DNA of 64,000 nucleotides from the human T2T-CHM13v2.0 reference genome, Homo sapiens: the NCBI RefSeq assembly GCF_009914755.1, contig NC_060925.1, one strand, 5' to 3'. The notes below the pieces were generated by a model. That model was given only the letters and a program-made list of their open reading frames with translations. It was not told where the DNA came from and ran no database searches. The position numbers and the translations under genes were made by a program. Shown here piece after piece: positions 40,030-53,240 of the stretch. Position 1 is the stretch's first letter. Every line of letters begins with the position of its first letter.

Positions 40030-40520
40030 AAATTATTTTGAATTCTCATCCTGATAGCTCACAAACTATGCCCTTCCTACCAGAATTTATTATCTAAAGA
40101 TAATAATGTATTTTATATTTTTGTTTACAGTTTAGTAAAATGTTAACTAGAACAGGACTGGGATGGGTATGTGTTAAGCTGCCTAAAGTCTGCCTCATCA
40201 GCATTGATCCATTAGTCAATGTTCCATGGGCAATGGCACTAAGTCAATTATAAATTCACCTATACACACCATCACCTAGGCCAATCTGGACAAAAACATA
40301 TCAGGAAAAATGTGATCAAAGACTTTTCTGAAATTCAGACATACCATGTCTAAAGCATTTGCCTTCTTAGTATAATCTATTAGCTCTAACTAACGGAGGA
40401 AAGAGACTGTGATAGCATGTCTTGTCCTTAGGGAATTAATGCTAGTTACTGCCCTCTCAAACGGCCTACAAACCATGAGATAATAATCCATTCCAGAATT
40501 TTTCATACAATTGATGTCAT
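40030..40520 (-). mobile_element. CR1/L3 reverse-transcriptase remnant
   Basis: Minus strand of 40315-40362 translates ANALDMVCLNFRKVFD, resembling CR1 RT GNAVDVIYLDFSKAFD; bounds approximate. Confidence 0.6.
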
Positions 40521-40934
40521 GCTTGACATCGTGTAGTGCTGGACTCTTTCTTTCTAAAGAGTGGGAAAATATTTGCCTATCACACACCCCCAGATTTCTG
40601 GTCTGCTTTGTGTTCTCTCTGATTTCTGATAGATCACCAATTATAAGCCAAAAACACATTGAAAAGCCCTTTCAGTATTGTGGGAAATCATGTGCCTAGA
40701 AACATGAAACTACTTAAAGAACAGAGATGCTCTCCCAACTCCCCTTTGCTTTACGTGGCAAGTCTAGCAGAAGCACATGATATTTGTGCACACGGATGCA
40801 AGTTAAAGACATATTCTTTTAACTGAAGAACACTGTCTTCTTCCATCAAATACAGTTTCAAAAAGGATCCCCATGGAGTAGTGAAGGATGACAGGGGAAT
40901 CTATCTCATTTGAATGGGTTCTTCAGAACCTACC

Positions 40935-43220
40935 ATTGATTAATTCAGTAAACATGTACTGAGTCCTGAATACTTTCAGGCACTGTTCTAAGACATTGTC
41001 CCTATGTTTTAAGTATTGGAGTATATAAGAAAATGGATGTACAAACAAAAACCTTCAGTCCAGTATAAGAAATGCTGACTAAAGAAACACATAAAGAACA
41101 CAAAATTGGGAGCATCTAACTCCTTTGGGAGAGTAAATTAGGGAACATTTCTGATAGAAGGACAAGGTTGAGTCTTTAAGAATGTGTAGAAAGCTGTCAA
41201 TAAACCTGGATCGAGAGATGAAGAGCAGGAAGAAATTTGTTACAGGGGAAGGGAGAGCATGTACAAAGTAGAGAATGGGAAAGAGTATTTTTGAGGCCAT
41301 TCATAAATTCATTTATTTCAAAACTATTTATAGAGTACATACTGTGGACCAAGTATTCTATTAGACCTTAAGGATACAGGGACATACAAGCAGAGGAAAA
41401 CCCTATTCATTAAGTAAAGCTGCAGTCAAAGAGACAGATAATAACATTTTTAAAAGTGGATGTGTTGGGCGGGTGCGGTGGCTCATGCCTGTAATCTCAG
41501 CACTTTGGGAGACCGAGACGGGCGGATCATGAGGTCAGGAGATCGAGACCATCCTGGCTAACACGGTGAAACCCTATCTCTACTAAAAATAAAAAAAATT
41601 AGCCGGCCTGGTGGTGGCACCTGTAGTCCCAGCTACTCAGGAGGGTGAGGCAGGAGAATGGCGTGAACCCGGGAGGCAGAGCTTGCAGTGAGCCGAGATC
41701 GCGCCACTGCACTCTAGCCTGGGCAAGAGAGAGAGACTCTGTCTCAAAAAAAAAAAAAAAAAAAAAAAAAGTGGATGTGTTATTAGGAATTGGTACAAGT
41801 TATCCAAAGGATGGAAATACACTAATGTGAGACTAATTTTTAAAAATCACCTTGGCTAATTTGTAAGAAAAAGGGAAGGGAGCCCTTTATGACTATAAAA
41901 ACAACTTGTAATAAAGCCCCGTAGTGAGTGGGAGGAGCAGGGCATCCAGGAGGAACTGAAAGCTGACTGGTTTCACTTGGGGTAGTGGAATCGTCAGAAT
42001 CAATGCTGGTGAGGTGGCACAGGCCAGGTCCCACAGGACCTGCTGGACTATTATAAGAATGAGCTCTTTCTTAAACATAATGAGTGTCTGCCAACATTTT
42101 TAAATAGGGAAATGATATGATCAGATTCCATTTGGAAAGATCATCCTAATTGCAGTGCAGGAACAAATCTTAAGAGGACAATAAAGAAATGGGAGATCTG
42201 TTAGCAGGCTATTGCAGTTATCCAGCCAAGATGAGATGATACCTTGGACTAAAGTGAGGCTGAAAGATGGATATAAATGGATGGATGTAGACTTATTTAG
42301 ACATTGCATTTATAGATCTTAGTGATGGATTCTGTTGAGAAGAAAAAGAATCAAGACTAGATCCCGAGTTTTTGCCCAATATGACTAGAAAGGTTAAGTC
42401 ATTCTCTGAAAAAAAGAAACACTGGGAAAGTATTAGTTGGCACAGAAGCATGATTCCAGTTCTGAGTGTGTTGATGTGAGTGGCTTTGTGACACCAAAGT
42501 GCATGTGAAGTAGACAATGGAATATGACAGTCTGGAATTCAAAGAAGTCCAGGATGGGAATTATCACAGGGATCATACATAAGGAATCTGAAGCCATGAG
42601 ATGTCCCAGGGAGAGAGTGTGGAATGAGAAAAGTTGTGAGAGACAAGACTGACACGTCAGGTACTCTATTAGTTCATAAGAGACATAAAAAGATCGGCAT
42701 GTAAAGGAGATTGATAAAGAGAAACCAAAGAACTAGGACAACTACCAAGAGACTCTGGCTTCTAAGAAAGCTAAACAAAGAGAGTAAAGAAGGACGTGGG
42801 TCACAATATTAAATCCTCCTGAGAGATTTATTTTTTTAAAAAAGGAAAATATTTATTTTATTTAGAAATACGAATATCACTGATGAACTTGGAGTGATGG
42901 TACATTAGCTAGTTTTTAGTAAGTAAAGAGTAAAAAGGAAGTAAGAAAAAAATAGAGGCAGTGAGAACACATAAGAAGTTCAGGTGCAATAAGGAAGATT
43001 GAGATAAAGCGCTATCTAGAAGAGGATGAGAGGTAAGGGAAACTTTTCTTTTGAAAGTACTAAACATACTTAAGAGCTACTTAAGTATATTTTAATGAAA
43101 ATGGAAAGCACCCTGCTAAGACAAAGCAATTGAAAATAGAGGAGAGAGATTGAATCATTGATACTGGCTGCCTGAGAAGCAGAAATAATGTATTCCAAAG
43201 CACTCACAGAGGGATTAGTC
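40935..43220 (-). mobile_element. L2 fragments, interrupted by an AluY
   Basis: Reverse L2 termini (aaacatgtactgagtcc...caggcactgttctaag; ttcatttatttcaaaactatttatagag) and purine-rich L2 body. Confidence 0.65.
41467..41770 (+). mobile_element. AluY
   Basis: ATCCTGGCTAACACGG and GAGCTTGCAG; 15-bp TSD AAAAGTGGATGTGTT. Confidence 0.92.
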
Positions 43221-43227
43221 CTGGAAG

Positions 43228-44751
43228 AACTTTCACAGTGTTGTCGCAGGGCTATATGCACAGCCCCACCATATGTCATGGTCTTCTTGATAATATTATG
43301 TTAATCTCTGATTCTCTTGCAGATTTAGAAGCGGCAACACTTCTCTTGCCTGAGATTGGGATGATGTGGCTGAGACTGCCTTCCTGGCAGCCAAATGGGC
43401 TATTCAGCAGTCACAACCCCTATGGGTGGTTGACCGGGGTGCCCATTTGAGCTGGGTGTGCTATGTGACCACAGATGGCTTCGGCTGGGGCCTCCGCTTT
43501 TATGTAACCATGCCACAAGAGGCACATTAGGTGATCACCCACACGAGCCTGTGCTTGGCTCAGAGCCACTATTGTCTGTAAAAGGTATAGTTACTCTGCT
43601 AACACTGTACATACAGCTTGTGCCCATGGCTCGCACCCAGGCTTGCTTGTGCCTAGGTTCGCTCATGTCCAGTGCATGAAGCGCTTGAGAATGCCAGTAG
43701 GCTTTTAGTCCCAGTAATGGAAGGTAGCTGAGCTCTGGTATTCCTTGACAGAGAAACAGCTAGCAGCTGTATATGCCGCCCTTCATGCTTGTGGGAGTGT
43801 GACAGGATGGGCTGCAGTTGTCATGCAGATGATTTACCAGATAGTGGGATGGGGTAATGATGCGTTCCTGGGTAATGACCCCCAGGACTGGGACAGCACA
43901 GACACCCAATTTAGCAAAGTGGGGTGCCTACTTAGAGTAGTGGAGTACTCTGAGTACAAGTCCCTTAGCAGCAGAGCTGCAAAAGGTCTTGGGACCTGTA
44001 GTCCTAATGCAAGATAAGGCCATAAGGCCTGAGGCACCCCCATATTCCTGATGGGGCATAGTATACAGATGAATCTAGCCGGGGTGCTACTGCTGCCTGG
44101 ACCACTGTTACAGTCCAAGTTACTATAGATACCATATGGTTTGAAAGCAGGTGTGGACAAATTTGCCAATGGTCTGAACTCAGGGCAGTGTGAATAGTGA
44201 CCACTAAGGAGGTGACACCTACAGTAATCTGCACCAATGACTGGGCAGTTTACTGAGGCTTAACCTTGTGGTTAAATACCCAGAAGTTACAGAAGTAGCT
44301 AGATGGTCACCGGCCCATGTAGGGCCAAGCCATGTGGCAAAACTTATGGGAGGAAGGATGACCTCCTCTGACCAGGTATGGGGATGAACAGTAACATGTT
44401 GTTGCCTGCCCCAATGCACATAAAGGTAGGGAAATAAAAACCTGGCTTAATGTATAAAGCAACATTGGGGTAGTGTCACCATGGGGTGGTTACCTGCCAT
44501 AACTTAGAGTTGTTGCCCCCTGTATTACTACTGTGGCCTCTGGGTCCAGGGTTCCTCTCTGTGGGTACGTCTCCCCACTAGAAAAACTCCCTCAGCCTTA
44601 CATTCCATTCCCATTCCCTTGGGGGTGGAATGTAAGGCCTATGTGTCAGACCCGTGTGTCCAGGGCCTGTGTGTCCAGAACCTATGTATAAGGCCTATGT
44701 GTCAGACCTGTGTGTCCAAAGCTAATGTCTCCTTTGGCTTAGGGGGTGGAA
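43228..44751 (+). mobile_element. ERVL internal relic (HERVL18-like), internally deleted pol; no 5' LTR seen
   Basis: RT-like FTVLSQGYMHSPTICH, RNase H-like EKQLAAVYAAL, YTDESS and QWSELRAV; PPT AGGGGGTGGA at 44741-44750. Confidence 0.75.
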
Positions 44752-45125
44752 TGTAAGGAAAATAGATGTGCTGTGGTCAAGAATAAGCTGAGGCAGATAA
44801 CCAGTCCAGCATGACTCAGCAAATTTGGAGCGCAGGCACACACCTCCGCTCTTATGTAACCATGCCGTAAGAGGCACATTAGGTGATCACCCACATGAGC
44901 CTGTGCTTGGTTCAGAGCCACTATTGTCTGTAAAAGGTATAGTTACCCTGCTAACACTGTACATACATCTTGTGCCCATGGCTCGCACCCAGGCTTGCTT
45001 GTGCCTAGGTTTGCTCATGTCCAGAGACAGAACAAAGCCACATCAAAACTATATGATTCAAGTGTTTTTCCAGCTACCCACCTGTCATCCACTGACTCCC
45101 CTTGGACCTCAGTTAGAACCTGACA
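44752..45125 (+). mobile_element. LTR18-family LTR (3' LTR of the ERVL relic)
   Basis: Starts TGTAAGG right after the PPT, ends TGACA; start resembles LTR18 (TGTAAGGAAAAT..ATGTGCT.TGGTCAAG). Confidence 0.75.
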
Positions 45126-45719
45126 CCAGGATATCGGGCTGTTGTAAATTTGGAGCTGGCATGGTCACTTTCTCCAAAGCTGCCTGTTATTTCCTCCTCA
45201 ACAGCAATCTCTTCCTCTTTGGTTGTAATTACATGGAATTGCAAGTCCCTTAGTTACTTCCTCAATTATAAAGAATTAACTTTCTGGGACCTGCTTTTAC
45301 CAAACTCTCTTGAATACTAATGTTTCTTAAGTAGTCTAAACTATCTCCTCTGAGTCAAATTATTTTGCCTCTTTTGAGCTCTCTGTGTCTAAATTGTCAC
45401 TGTAAGAATCCTATCAATGCCAACCTTGATAGTGTGTCTAACCAGTCATCTGTTGGTCAGTCAGTCAGTCAAGAAAATGATTTACTAAGTACCTAAGACC
45501 TGCTACGCGCTTTCTAGTAACTGGAATAAGTAGTTGCTCTTTTTGTCCTGTTAGCTCTCCTATTTTTCCTTTTCCTAGGTCTTTTGCAGTTAATATAATA
45601 AACTTACCCTACCACCTCAGGTTTTTAACATGCTATAACTTTTCTACAATCTATCTTGCTCTCCTATCCATTTCACAGGCACATAGAACTTTAGAATTGG
45701 AAGGGAACTTTGAAGTTAG

Positions 45720-45890
45720 CAGATCTGGCACCTCTTACATTTGAATGTGCATATAAATCACCTAAGGATCTTGTTTAAATGCAGATTCTGAATCAGTAGG
45801 TCTGGGGTGAGGCCTGAGATTCTGTATATTTAGCAAGCTCCCAGGTGATGCTGATAGTGCTGGTACTTGAACAACCCTTTAAAGAGCAAA
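45720..45890. mobile_element. MER5A
   Basis: aaatgcagattctgaatcagtaggtctggggtgaggcctgagattctg...caagctcccaggtgatgctga. Confidence 0.75.
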
Positions 45891-46019
45891 GATCTAGTCT
45901 CCTGGTTCATGACTAAGAGTGTACATCAGAATGCCCTGCTTTTGCAAAATACAGATTCTGAATCAGACTCTAGGCAGTGGGGCTGGGACATATGAAGTTT
46001 GAAAAGGCAGTCTCAGAAT

Positions 46020-48870
46020 TCCACTTCCAGTCAATATGGAATAACAGGAATTGGATTCATCATCTGCCTGAAACAACTAAAAGAAAAAAAACTGAAAAAT
46101 CATGATTCACTGGTTTTCAAGACATGAGTGAATAAAAGAGTCATTTCTGGGGACATGAAACAAATGACATAAGCCCCATGATTGTCCTAGTTTACTGCCT
46201 TGAAAGTGTCTCCAAGCCATGGAATAGAGGAGAGTAACCCAAGCAGAGCCCGGCTGACTCCAGAGCTGAGAATCAGGCAAGAAAAAGATGGGCAGAGTTC
46301 TCAGAGCAGAGTACCAGAAAAGAAGGAGCTTCACAGAGAGAGGAATTCAGAAAGCCCCCTTCAAGTATATAGCAGAACACTGATTAGCACACAAGTGCCA
46401 GAAAACTACTCAAGGCAAAGAACTGCTAGAAAGGATAAGAAGTAACAAAGCCCTGTGCTCACACAGGACTGACAATAGTACCTGTATCCATCAGCCAAAA
46501 ATGTCATGATTCAGGGGGCAATTTCAGAATACTCAGGAAGGACTTCCACAGGTAAGGAATAATGAGTTCTAGAGTGAGCACTGCTACAACCCCACCTAAC
46601 AAATCTTAAAGGCAAGATTTAAAAAGATCAGTGTTTTTAAGCAATTTAACTGTATTGCAGAATAAATCTCAAGAATATTTATAGAAATACAAATTATCCA
46701 GCACCAAAGTAAAATTCACAGTATATGGCATTCAATAAAAAATTATCAGGCATGGAGAGAAGAGACTGTAATTGATAGAAAGGAGAAAAATCATTAAAAT
46801 ACTGACTCTGAATGTTAGAATTAAGAGACAAGAATAGATTTGTAATATTTCATATATATAACTCTCATGTATATAGGTTTTCATCCACAGTTGCAGACTC
46901 ATAACTCCCATAGCCCTTGTTACAAACAGATCTACAGAAGTTACAAATAGACTCTTTTTCTCTCTCTCTTTCTGATACTCGTCTGCCCTCCTTTCACCTG
47001 CCTAAGGCAGGACACTCATCTAATTGTGGATCATGAAACACTCATTCCAGAGGGGGAATCCTGCCCCATATCCTGGAGAAAGATATGTTGCAGAGATGCC
47101 AAGTAGAATCTGAACAGACAGGACTTGCTGGGTGTAGATCACACTCTTTTTGTTCAATCATATTTTGACATGGTTGGCCATGCTTCAATCATGCCTACCC
47201 ACTGAAGTCTCCATAAAAGGGCCAAGAGGACAGGGTTCATGGGGCTTCTGGAGAGCTGAACTCATGAAGGCTGACAGAAAGGTAAACAAGACCTCAACCA
47301 CATGCTGGGAGGGTGGCTCATCCCAACTCCAGGGAGACAGAGGCTTCTGCACTCAGGATCCTTCTGGACCTGGCCCTATGTATCTCTTCATCCAGCTGTT
47401 TATTTGTATCCTTTAAAATGTCTTTTATAACAACTTGGTAAATGTGTCTCCCTGAGATCTGTGAGCCCCTTTAGCAAATTAATGGAACCCAAAGTGGCAA
47501 TCATGAGAACTCGAACTTGAAGCAGGTGAATCAGAAGTTCTGGAGGCCCAGACTTGCAACTGACATTGTGGGGTTGAGGGTTGAGGGTTGAGGCTCAGCC
47601 CTCAAACTGTTGGATCTGATGCTATCTCCAAAAGACAGTAATGGAATTCAATTGAAGAACACCTAGCTGATGTCTGCTACAGATTTGATTGCTTGCTTGC
47701 CAGTGGGGAGAAATACCAAAGTATTTTGGTATTGACTATTGTTTTGGTGTGAAAACAGAGGAAAAATTGTTAGAGTTTTTCTTAACAACAGTAAAAGTTG
47801 TATTCCATATGTTTACTACGTAAAGTAGAGATAGGGAAGATATTTTCAAAATACAGTAAATAGGGTTAATTTTAGAAGATTAGATATTGTGGAAGAAAAG
47901 ATTAGTGAGCTTAAAGATGGAACAACAAAAACCAAATGAAACACAGAGAAAAGAGAATTAAGAAAAAACAAAAATGAATCAATCATCGTTGTGATCATTG
48001 TGATTTGGGACAATTTCAAATGACCTAATAATGTATAGTTGTCCCTGAAACTAATTTTCTTCCAAAATCCAAAAAAATTAAATATCTACAATGCTTATAT
48101 TATATATTTAGTATATTAAAATATTATTTTTTAAATGCTGGAAATTTTCCAAAATTGATTTAAAAAAATACATGCACAAATTCAGAAAGCTCAAAAAACC
48201 CAACCACAAAAAAACTTGAAGAAAATTATGTTAAAGCACATGACAATCAAATTGCTCAAAGCCAGCGATAAAAGCCTTAAAAACATTCAGATAAGGGGAA
48301 AATGTCATGTTATATACAGAGTAACAAAGGTTACTGAACATAAGTTCAGCAGATTGCCTGCCAGAAGTAATGGAAGCAAGAAGACAATGGAACATCATCT
48401 TTAAGACACCAAAAAAGAAAAGAAAAAAAAATCCTGTTAGCCAAGAACTGCTTACTAAATGAAAATACCTTTTTAAAGTGAAGGTGAAATAAATACCTTT
48501 TCAGACATAAAAAAGATAAAAGAATGCATGGTCCCAATAGATCCACACTACCAGAACTGCTAAAGGAAGTCCTCAAACAAAAGGACTTCCTTCAGATGGA
48601 AATGTGAATCTACATCCAAGAATGAAGAACACTAGAAATGGTAACAATACTATTACATACATACCTTTTTCTTATTTAAAAACAAAAATCCTCCTTAAAA
48701 GATAGTTGCGTCTTTAAACAAAAATAAAAACAATGCAGTATATAATTTATGTTGTATATATAAAAGTAAAACAAATGACAGCTACAGTATAAGAACAGAG
48801 AATGAAGAAATGAAAGCATATTATTGTAAGGCTTTCTATTACATGTGTGTAAAAAAAAGAACATCTTCAA
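46020..48870 (+). mobile_element. Ancient L1M 5' UTR/ORF1 region, interrupted by an LTR
   Basis: L1M-like 5' start; ORF1-like remnant KHMTIKLLKASDK (48216-48404); A-rich sense strand. Confidence 0.7.
46841..47790 (+). mobile_element. MER21-family solo LTR nested in L1M
   Basis: TG...CA ends; ctcataactcccatagcccttgttaca and tatctcttcatc..gctgtt resemble MER21. Confidence 0.65.
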
Positions 48871-48872
48871 AG

Positions 48873-48955
48873 TAGGGTGTGGTAATGTACACTTGTAGTA
48901 CCAGCTAATTTACCGGCTGAGGTAGGAGGATCACTTGAGCCTAGGAGTTTGAGTT
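48873..48955 (+). mobile_element. Alu monomer fragment (FLAM/AluJ)
   Basis: ggctgaggtaggaggatcacttgagcctaggagtttgag. Confidence 0.65.
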
Positions 48956-49627
48956 TGAGTTTGATTGTTTTTCTCAAAATATTATTTGGGTTCTGTTCTT
49001 TAAAAAATGGATTAATTCATTCTTTCAGTACCTACGTATTTAGTGCTGGAGAAATAGAGATTTAAAAAGACAATCTGTGACTTCACTGAGCTTCATTGAG
49101 CTTACCTTATGGGGGAAAAGAGAAGGTAAGAGAATCTTCCATTATAATATAATACAAAAAGTACCAAGCTAGCAGTAAACAAAAGCCATTAAGAAATAAT
49201 AGAGAAGAGGTTTTGCTAGATCTATTAAGGAGCCAGAAGGGATGTGGCAAGCATTCTGGGAAAAACTGATCAGAATTCTGTAGTTGCTTCATAATTTAGT
49301 TTGATCTTTTATGATTTTATTTAAATCATGCACATCTGTGCTTGGGCATTTATGTGCAAATGTGTTAGTGCATTTACATAGTGCCTGACACAGGGGTTGG
49401 CAAATAGAAAGTACTCAATAAACATTTGATAAATCAACAAAAATTACACACACACACAAACACACACACATTTTATCCACCAGAAACTGCCTTCAACTTT
49501 TTTCTTTTGTGCTTGTTTCTTTCTGCTAACTTTGGAACACCTACAGCTGCCCAGGCTTGGACCTAAGGGTTGAGGTTTCTCCCCAGTCTGGCTTATAGAC
49601 TTCTATCAACACACTTGCCTTTGGGAC

Positions 49628-50072
49628 TGTATTAGTTGATTAAAGCTGCCTTAACAAATGACTACAAACTTGAAGGCTTACAACAACAGAAATTTATTCT
49701 CTAACAGTTCTGGCAGCCAGAAGTCCAAAATTAAGGTACAGGCAGAGCCATGCTCCCTCCCAATGTTTCTTGCCTATTCCAACTTCTGGTAGTTCCAGGC
49801 ATTCCTGGGCTTATAGTTGCAAAACTCAAATCTCTGCATCTATCTTCACAAACCTCCTCTGTCTCTGTATGCCTGTGTCTTTTCTTCTCCTGTCTCTTAT
49901 AAGGATCTTTATTATTGGACTTAAGTTGCATTAGATTATCCAGGATGATCTTATCTTGAGATCATTAATTACATCTGCAATGATCCTTTTTTCAAATAAG
50001 GTCATATTTACAGACTCTAGGGGATAGGACATGAGCATATTTTTTGGGTGGGCCACAGTTCAACCCACTATA
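49628..50072 (-). mobile_element. MLT1 (MLT1C-like) MaLR solo LTR
   Basis: tgtattagtt...acaacaacagaaatttattctct.acagttctgg...ggccacagttcaacccacta. Confidence 0.8.
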
Positions 50073-50087
50073 GGGGCATTTCGAGCA

Positions 50088-50328
50088 GGTTCAGGATGAT
50101 AGTGAGATGAATAAGGTACTCATATCAGGTACAAAATGTAAGGGAATGCCAAGAAAAACCCTCAGTAATCAAAATAAAGAATATTTTAATGCAATAATTC
50201 TTGAAAAATCAAAATTAATGCTAAAAGCCAATGATGAACAAAGTATAAATTTTTAAAGTACAGACAGAATCAGAATTACTAATTTTTTCTTTCCTTTTTG
50301 ATCTCCAATATGGTTCAGCTTTGCACTA
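50088..50328. mobile_element. MER96B-like hAT element
   Basis: ctcagtaatcaaaataaagaatattttaatgcaata...aatcaaaattaatgc...tgatgaacaaa. Confidence 0.65.
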
Positions 50329-51011
50329 ATTTCCAGCAACAGCCCAAGCTTCCGATCCATAGTGAGGATGAGTTCAACCAAGTCCACTGTTTCCTTTGTC
50401 ACAATTTAGATCACTCTTCTCAGAAACATTGCTCCAGGGAGCTTTACTCAGGAGACCAGGCTGCTATAAACTGGGCTTCCCACTTCCAGTGCAGGCTTAT
50501 TTATCTTATGAATTGTGCAAACACCTCCTGAGAAGCTAATTAAAATGGAAGTCAGTGCTGCCAAGTCCGGGAAGCCTCCAAATGAGCATCATGAGGCTGC
50601 CAGAAAGCATAATTAATACACACACTCAACTTCTCACTGTGGTTTAAGGGAGGGTTGGGGGAGAAGACTCTGAAGGACAAATTAACTCTGAAAGGTGAAT
50701 ATAAAGTGGAACTTTCTGAGCTCCACTGCCAAGCACAGCATGGGCCAAATGAAAGGCACTGGGTATGGGTATAAAGAAATACTTGGTGTTGGGTGGATGT
50801 AGTTTAAGAACAGGAATAAAACTGAACTCACTGCATCTTAGTACCATTAAGAAACAAAAAATGTTATTTATATTTGATTTGTGTGCTACACTTGAAGTTA
50901 AATTAATAAGACATATCAGTAAGCTGGGCCTAGAAGTAAAATATAAATATAAAATCTGATATAATAACCATTGAGAAAGTGTAATAAAAAATAAAATCAC
51001 ATTTCTAATAG

Positions 51012-51618
51012 TGATGCAGGATTTTTCTACTCGGTCACTTTGCAAGTTGAGGACCCCTGGCTGGCAACACCCCACCTGGGCCTCTCTCAGCCATGCTGAT
51101 GTGCCCCAGTTCATCTGTGTTATAGCTTATACCTGCGTTTAGTGGTTCCTGAGCTCTTGTACCATGCTCAAGAAGAATGAGGATATGCAGGGCATTGAAG
51201 GGTGAGGAAGATGGAGAATAACGATGAAAATGGCTTTCAGTGGAGAAGTGATGTGGGGTGAGGGTTGTGGGAGTGGATAGTTGCCCCATGGCTGGGTCTG
51301 GGTCCCTTCATGGACTCAGAATGGGGAGTGCATACTGATTGGTTTGTGAGTACGCAAAAAGGTTAAAGTGAAGACACCACTCAAAGGTGGGCATGACTGT
51401 GTAGAAAAACCAATTAGGAAAAGGTAGGTATATGTTAAATAAGTGAAGGGTGGAGATTAATCAGATGAATGTGTGCCAAATAAGACGACAAGTACTCAAT
51501 CCAGTCCGAAGATTTAACTTGTAGCTTGGTTTTCAGGCTTTAAACTGTCTTTAGCTTGGACATGGGGTTTTGCCAGGGACCTGCCCCTATCTGCTTAGGC
51601 ATTTGTCTGCCTCTGTCA
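51012..51618 (-). mobile_element. ERV1 solo LTR (MER61/LTR27-like), 4-bp TSD
   Basis: TG...CA termini; TSD ATAG at 51008-51011 and 51619-51622; minus strand starts TGACAGAGGCAGACAAATGCC. Confidence 0.75.
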
Positions 51619-51874
51619 ATAGCTTGGCAAAAATATTTTTAAATACCTAGAAACAAACTTAAGAGGAAGTAAGTAGGACCTCTAAGAACTCAGAGACTTT
51701 ACTTACAGCCATAAAGAAAAACTTTAAAAGACTTTACTAAGTGGTAATATGCATTACACTGGGTGAAAAGACTCCGTATGGTAATATAAATCCAACTCAA
51801 ATTCAGACATAAACAGCGTAATTTTAAGAAAAGTATCAGTGGTAGTTTTGGAGAGGATTTAACAACTTGATTTT

Positions 51875-52252
51875 TTCACATCTTCTTTTAAAACAAATAA
51901 TTTCAACTTTTATTTTAGATGCAAGGAGTACACGTGCAGGTTTGTTACAAGGGTATATTGGGATGCTGAGGTTTGGGGTACAATTGATCCCTTTCCCAGG
52001 GTACTAACCCAATAGTTCTTCAACCCTTGCCACCCTCTCTTCTTCCCAACTCTGGTAGTCCCCAGTGTCTATTGTTGCCATCTTTATGTCCATGAGTACC
52101 CAATGCTTAGCGCCCACTTATAAGTGAGAACATGAGGTATTTGGTTTTCTGCTCCTGCATTACTTCATTTAGGATAATGGTCTCCAGCTGCATCCATATT
52201 GTTGCAAAGGATATGATTTTGTTCTTTTTTATGGCTGCATAGTATTCCATGG
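51875..52252 (-). mobile_element. 5'-truncated primate L1 (L1PB/old L1PA type) 3' end
   Basis: gtgcaggtttgttaca...cccacttataagtgagaacatg...atggctgcatagtattccatgg; TSD TAACAAC(T/C)TGATTTT at 51860-51874 and 52253-52267. Confidence 0.85.
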
Positions 52253-52336
52253 TAACAACCTGATTTTAAAATTCATCGAAAAGGTCAAAGCAAGAGAGTA
52301 GCTGAATACATTTTGAAAGAAAAAATAGATGACATG

Positions 52337-52680
52337 GGTCGGGCACAGTGGCTCACGCCTGTAATCCCAGCACTTTGGGAGGCCGAGGGGGGTGGATCAC
52401 GAGGTCAGGAGATCGAGACCATCCTGGTTAACATGGTGAAACCCTGTCTCTACTAAAAAATACAAAAAATTAGCCGGGCGTGGTGGCAGGTGCCTATAGC
52501 CCCAGTTACTCTGGAGGCTGAGGCAGGAGAATGGCGTGAATGCTGGAGGCGGAGCTTGCAGTGAGCCGAGATCACGCCGCTGCAATCCAGCCTGGGCGAC
52601 AGTGCGAGACTCTGTCTTAAAATAAAATAAAATAAAATAAAATAAAATAAAATAAAATAAAATAAATAAAAATAAAAAAT
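52337..52680 (+). mobile_element. AluY with (AAAAT)n tail
   Basis: GAGAATGGCGTGAA and GGAGCTTGCAG; pentanucleotide tail. Confidence 0.9.
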
Positions 52681-53240
52681 ATAAAACGTGAACTTCCAGG
52701 TAACTAAAATTATTACAGAACTATAATGCTTAAGAAAAGGGATAATGTTACTGGCTAAGAAAATTGACACATGAAACAAAATAGCCTATAAACTGAGCTC
52801 CCTATGTGTAAGATTTTAATGTGGACTAGAGGCTTTGTAGTAAGTGATTTTTGAAAGGAAGGCTGAATAAATATTGATCTAATGTGGAGCTATTTATTAA
52901 TTATTAGAGAAAAATAGTTGCCCCTTTCATATGTCACTTAAATTGAAATTGATTAAAGATAGAAATGAATTACAAGAAAGTATATGAGACCATCTGATCT
53001 CAAGATAGAGACAGATTTTTCGAAGCATGAAAAGAAGGAACAGTATAGAGTAAAAAATCTTTTCTCCATGAAATTTAAAATCTTTATATCAAAACTCACT
53101 GTAAGCAAGTTAAAGGAAATAATACATGTGGAAAATATTTGCCACATGTATGAATCATGATTATTGGCCTTGTATAATAGATGTCTCAAAAATCAATAAG
53201 GGTTGATTTTGATTGTTAAATCAAGAAGAAAAAGAAAACA

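Noticed and set aside
43238-45253. ORFs within the ERVL relic and LTR (70-142 aa) as a domesticated viral gene
   Set aside because: The pol motifs are split across frames with stops and deletions; the two similar ORFs (PPLLCNHA...) simply reflect the duplicated LTR segment.
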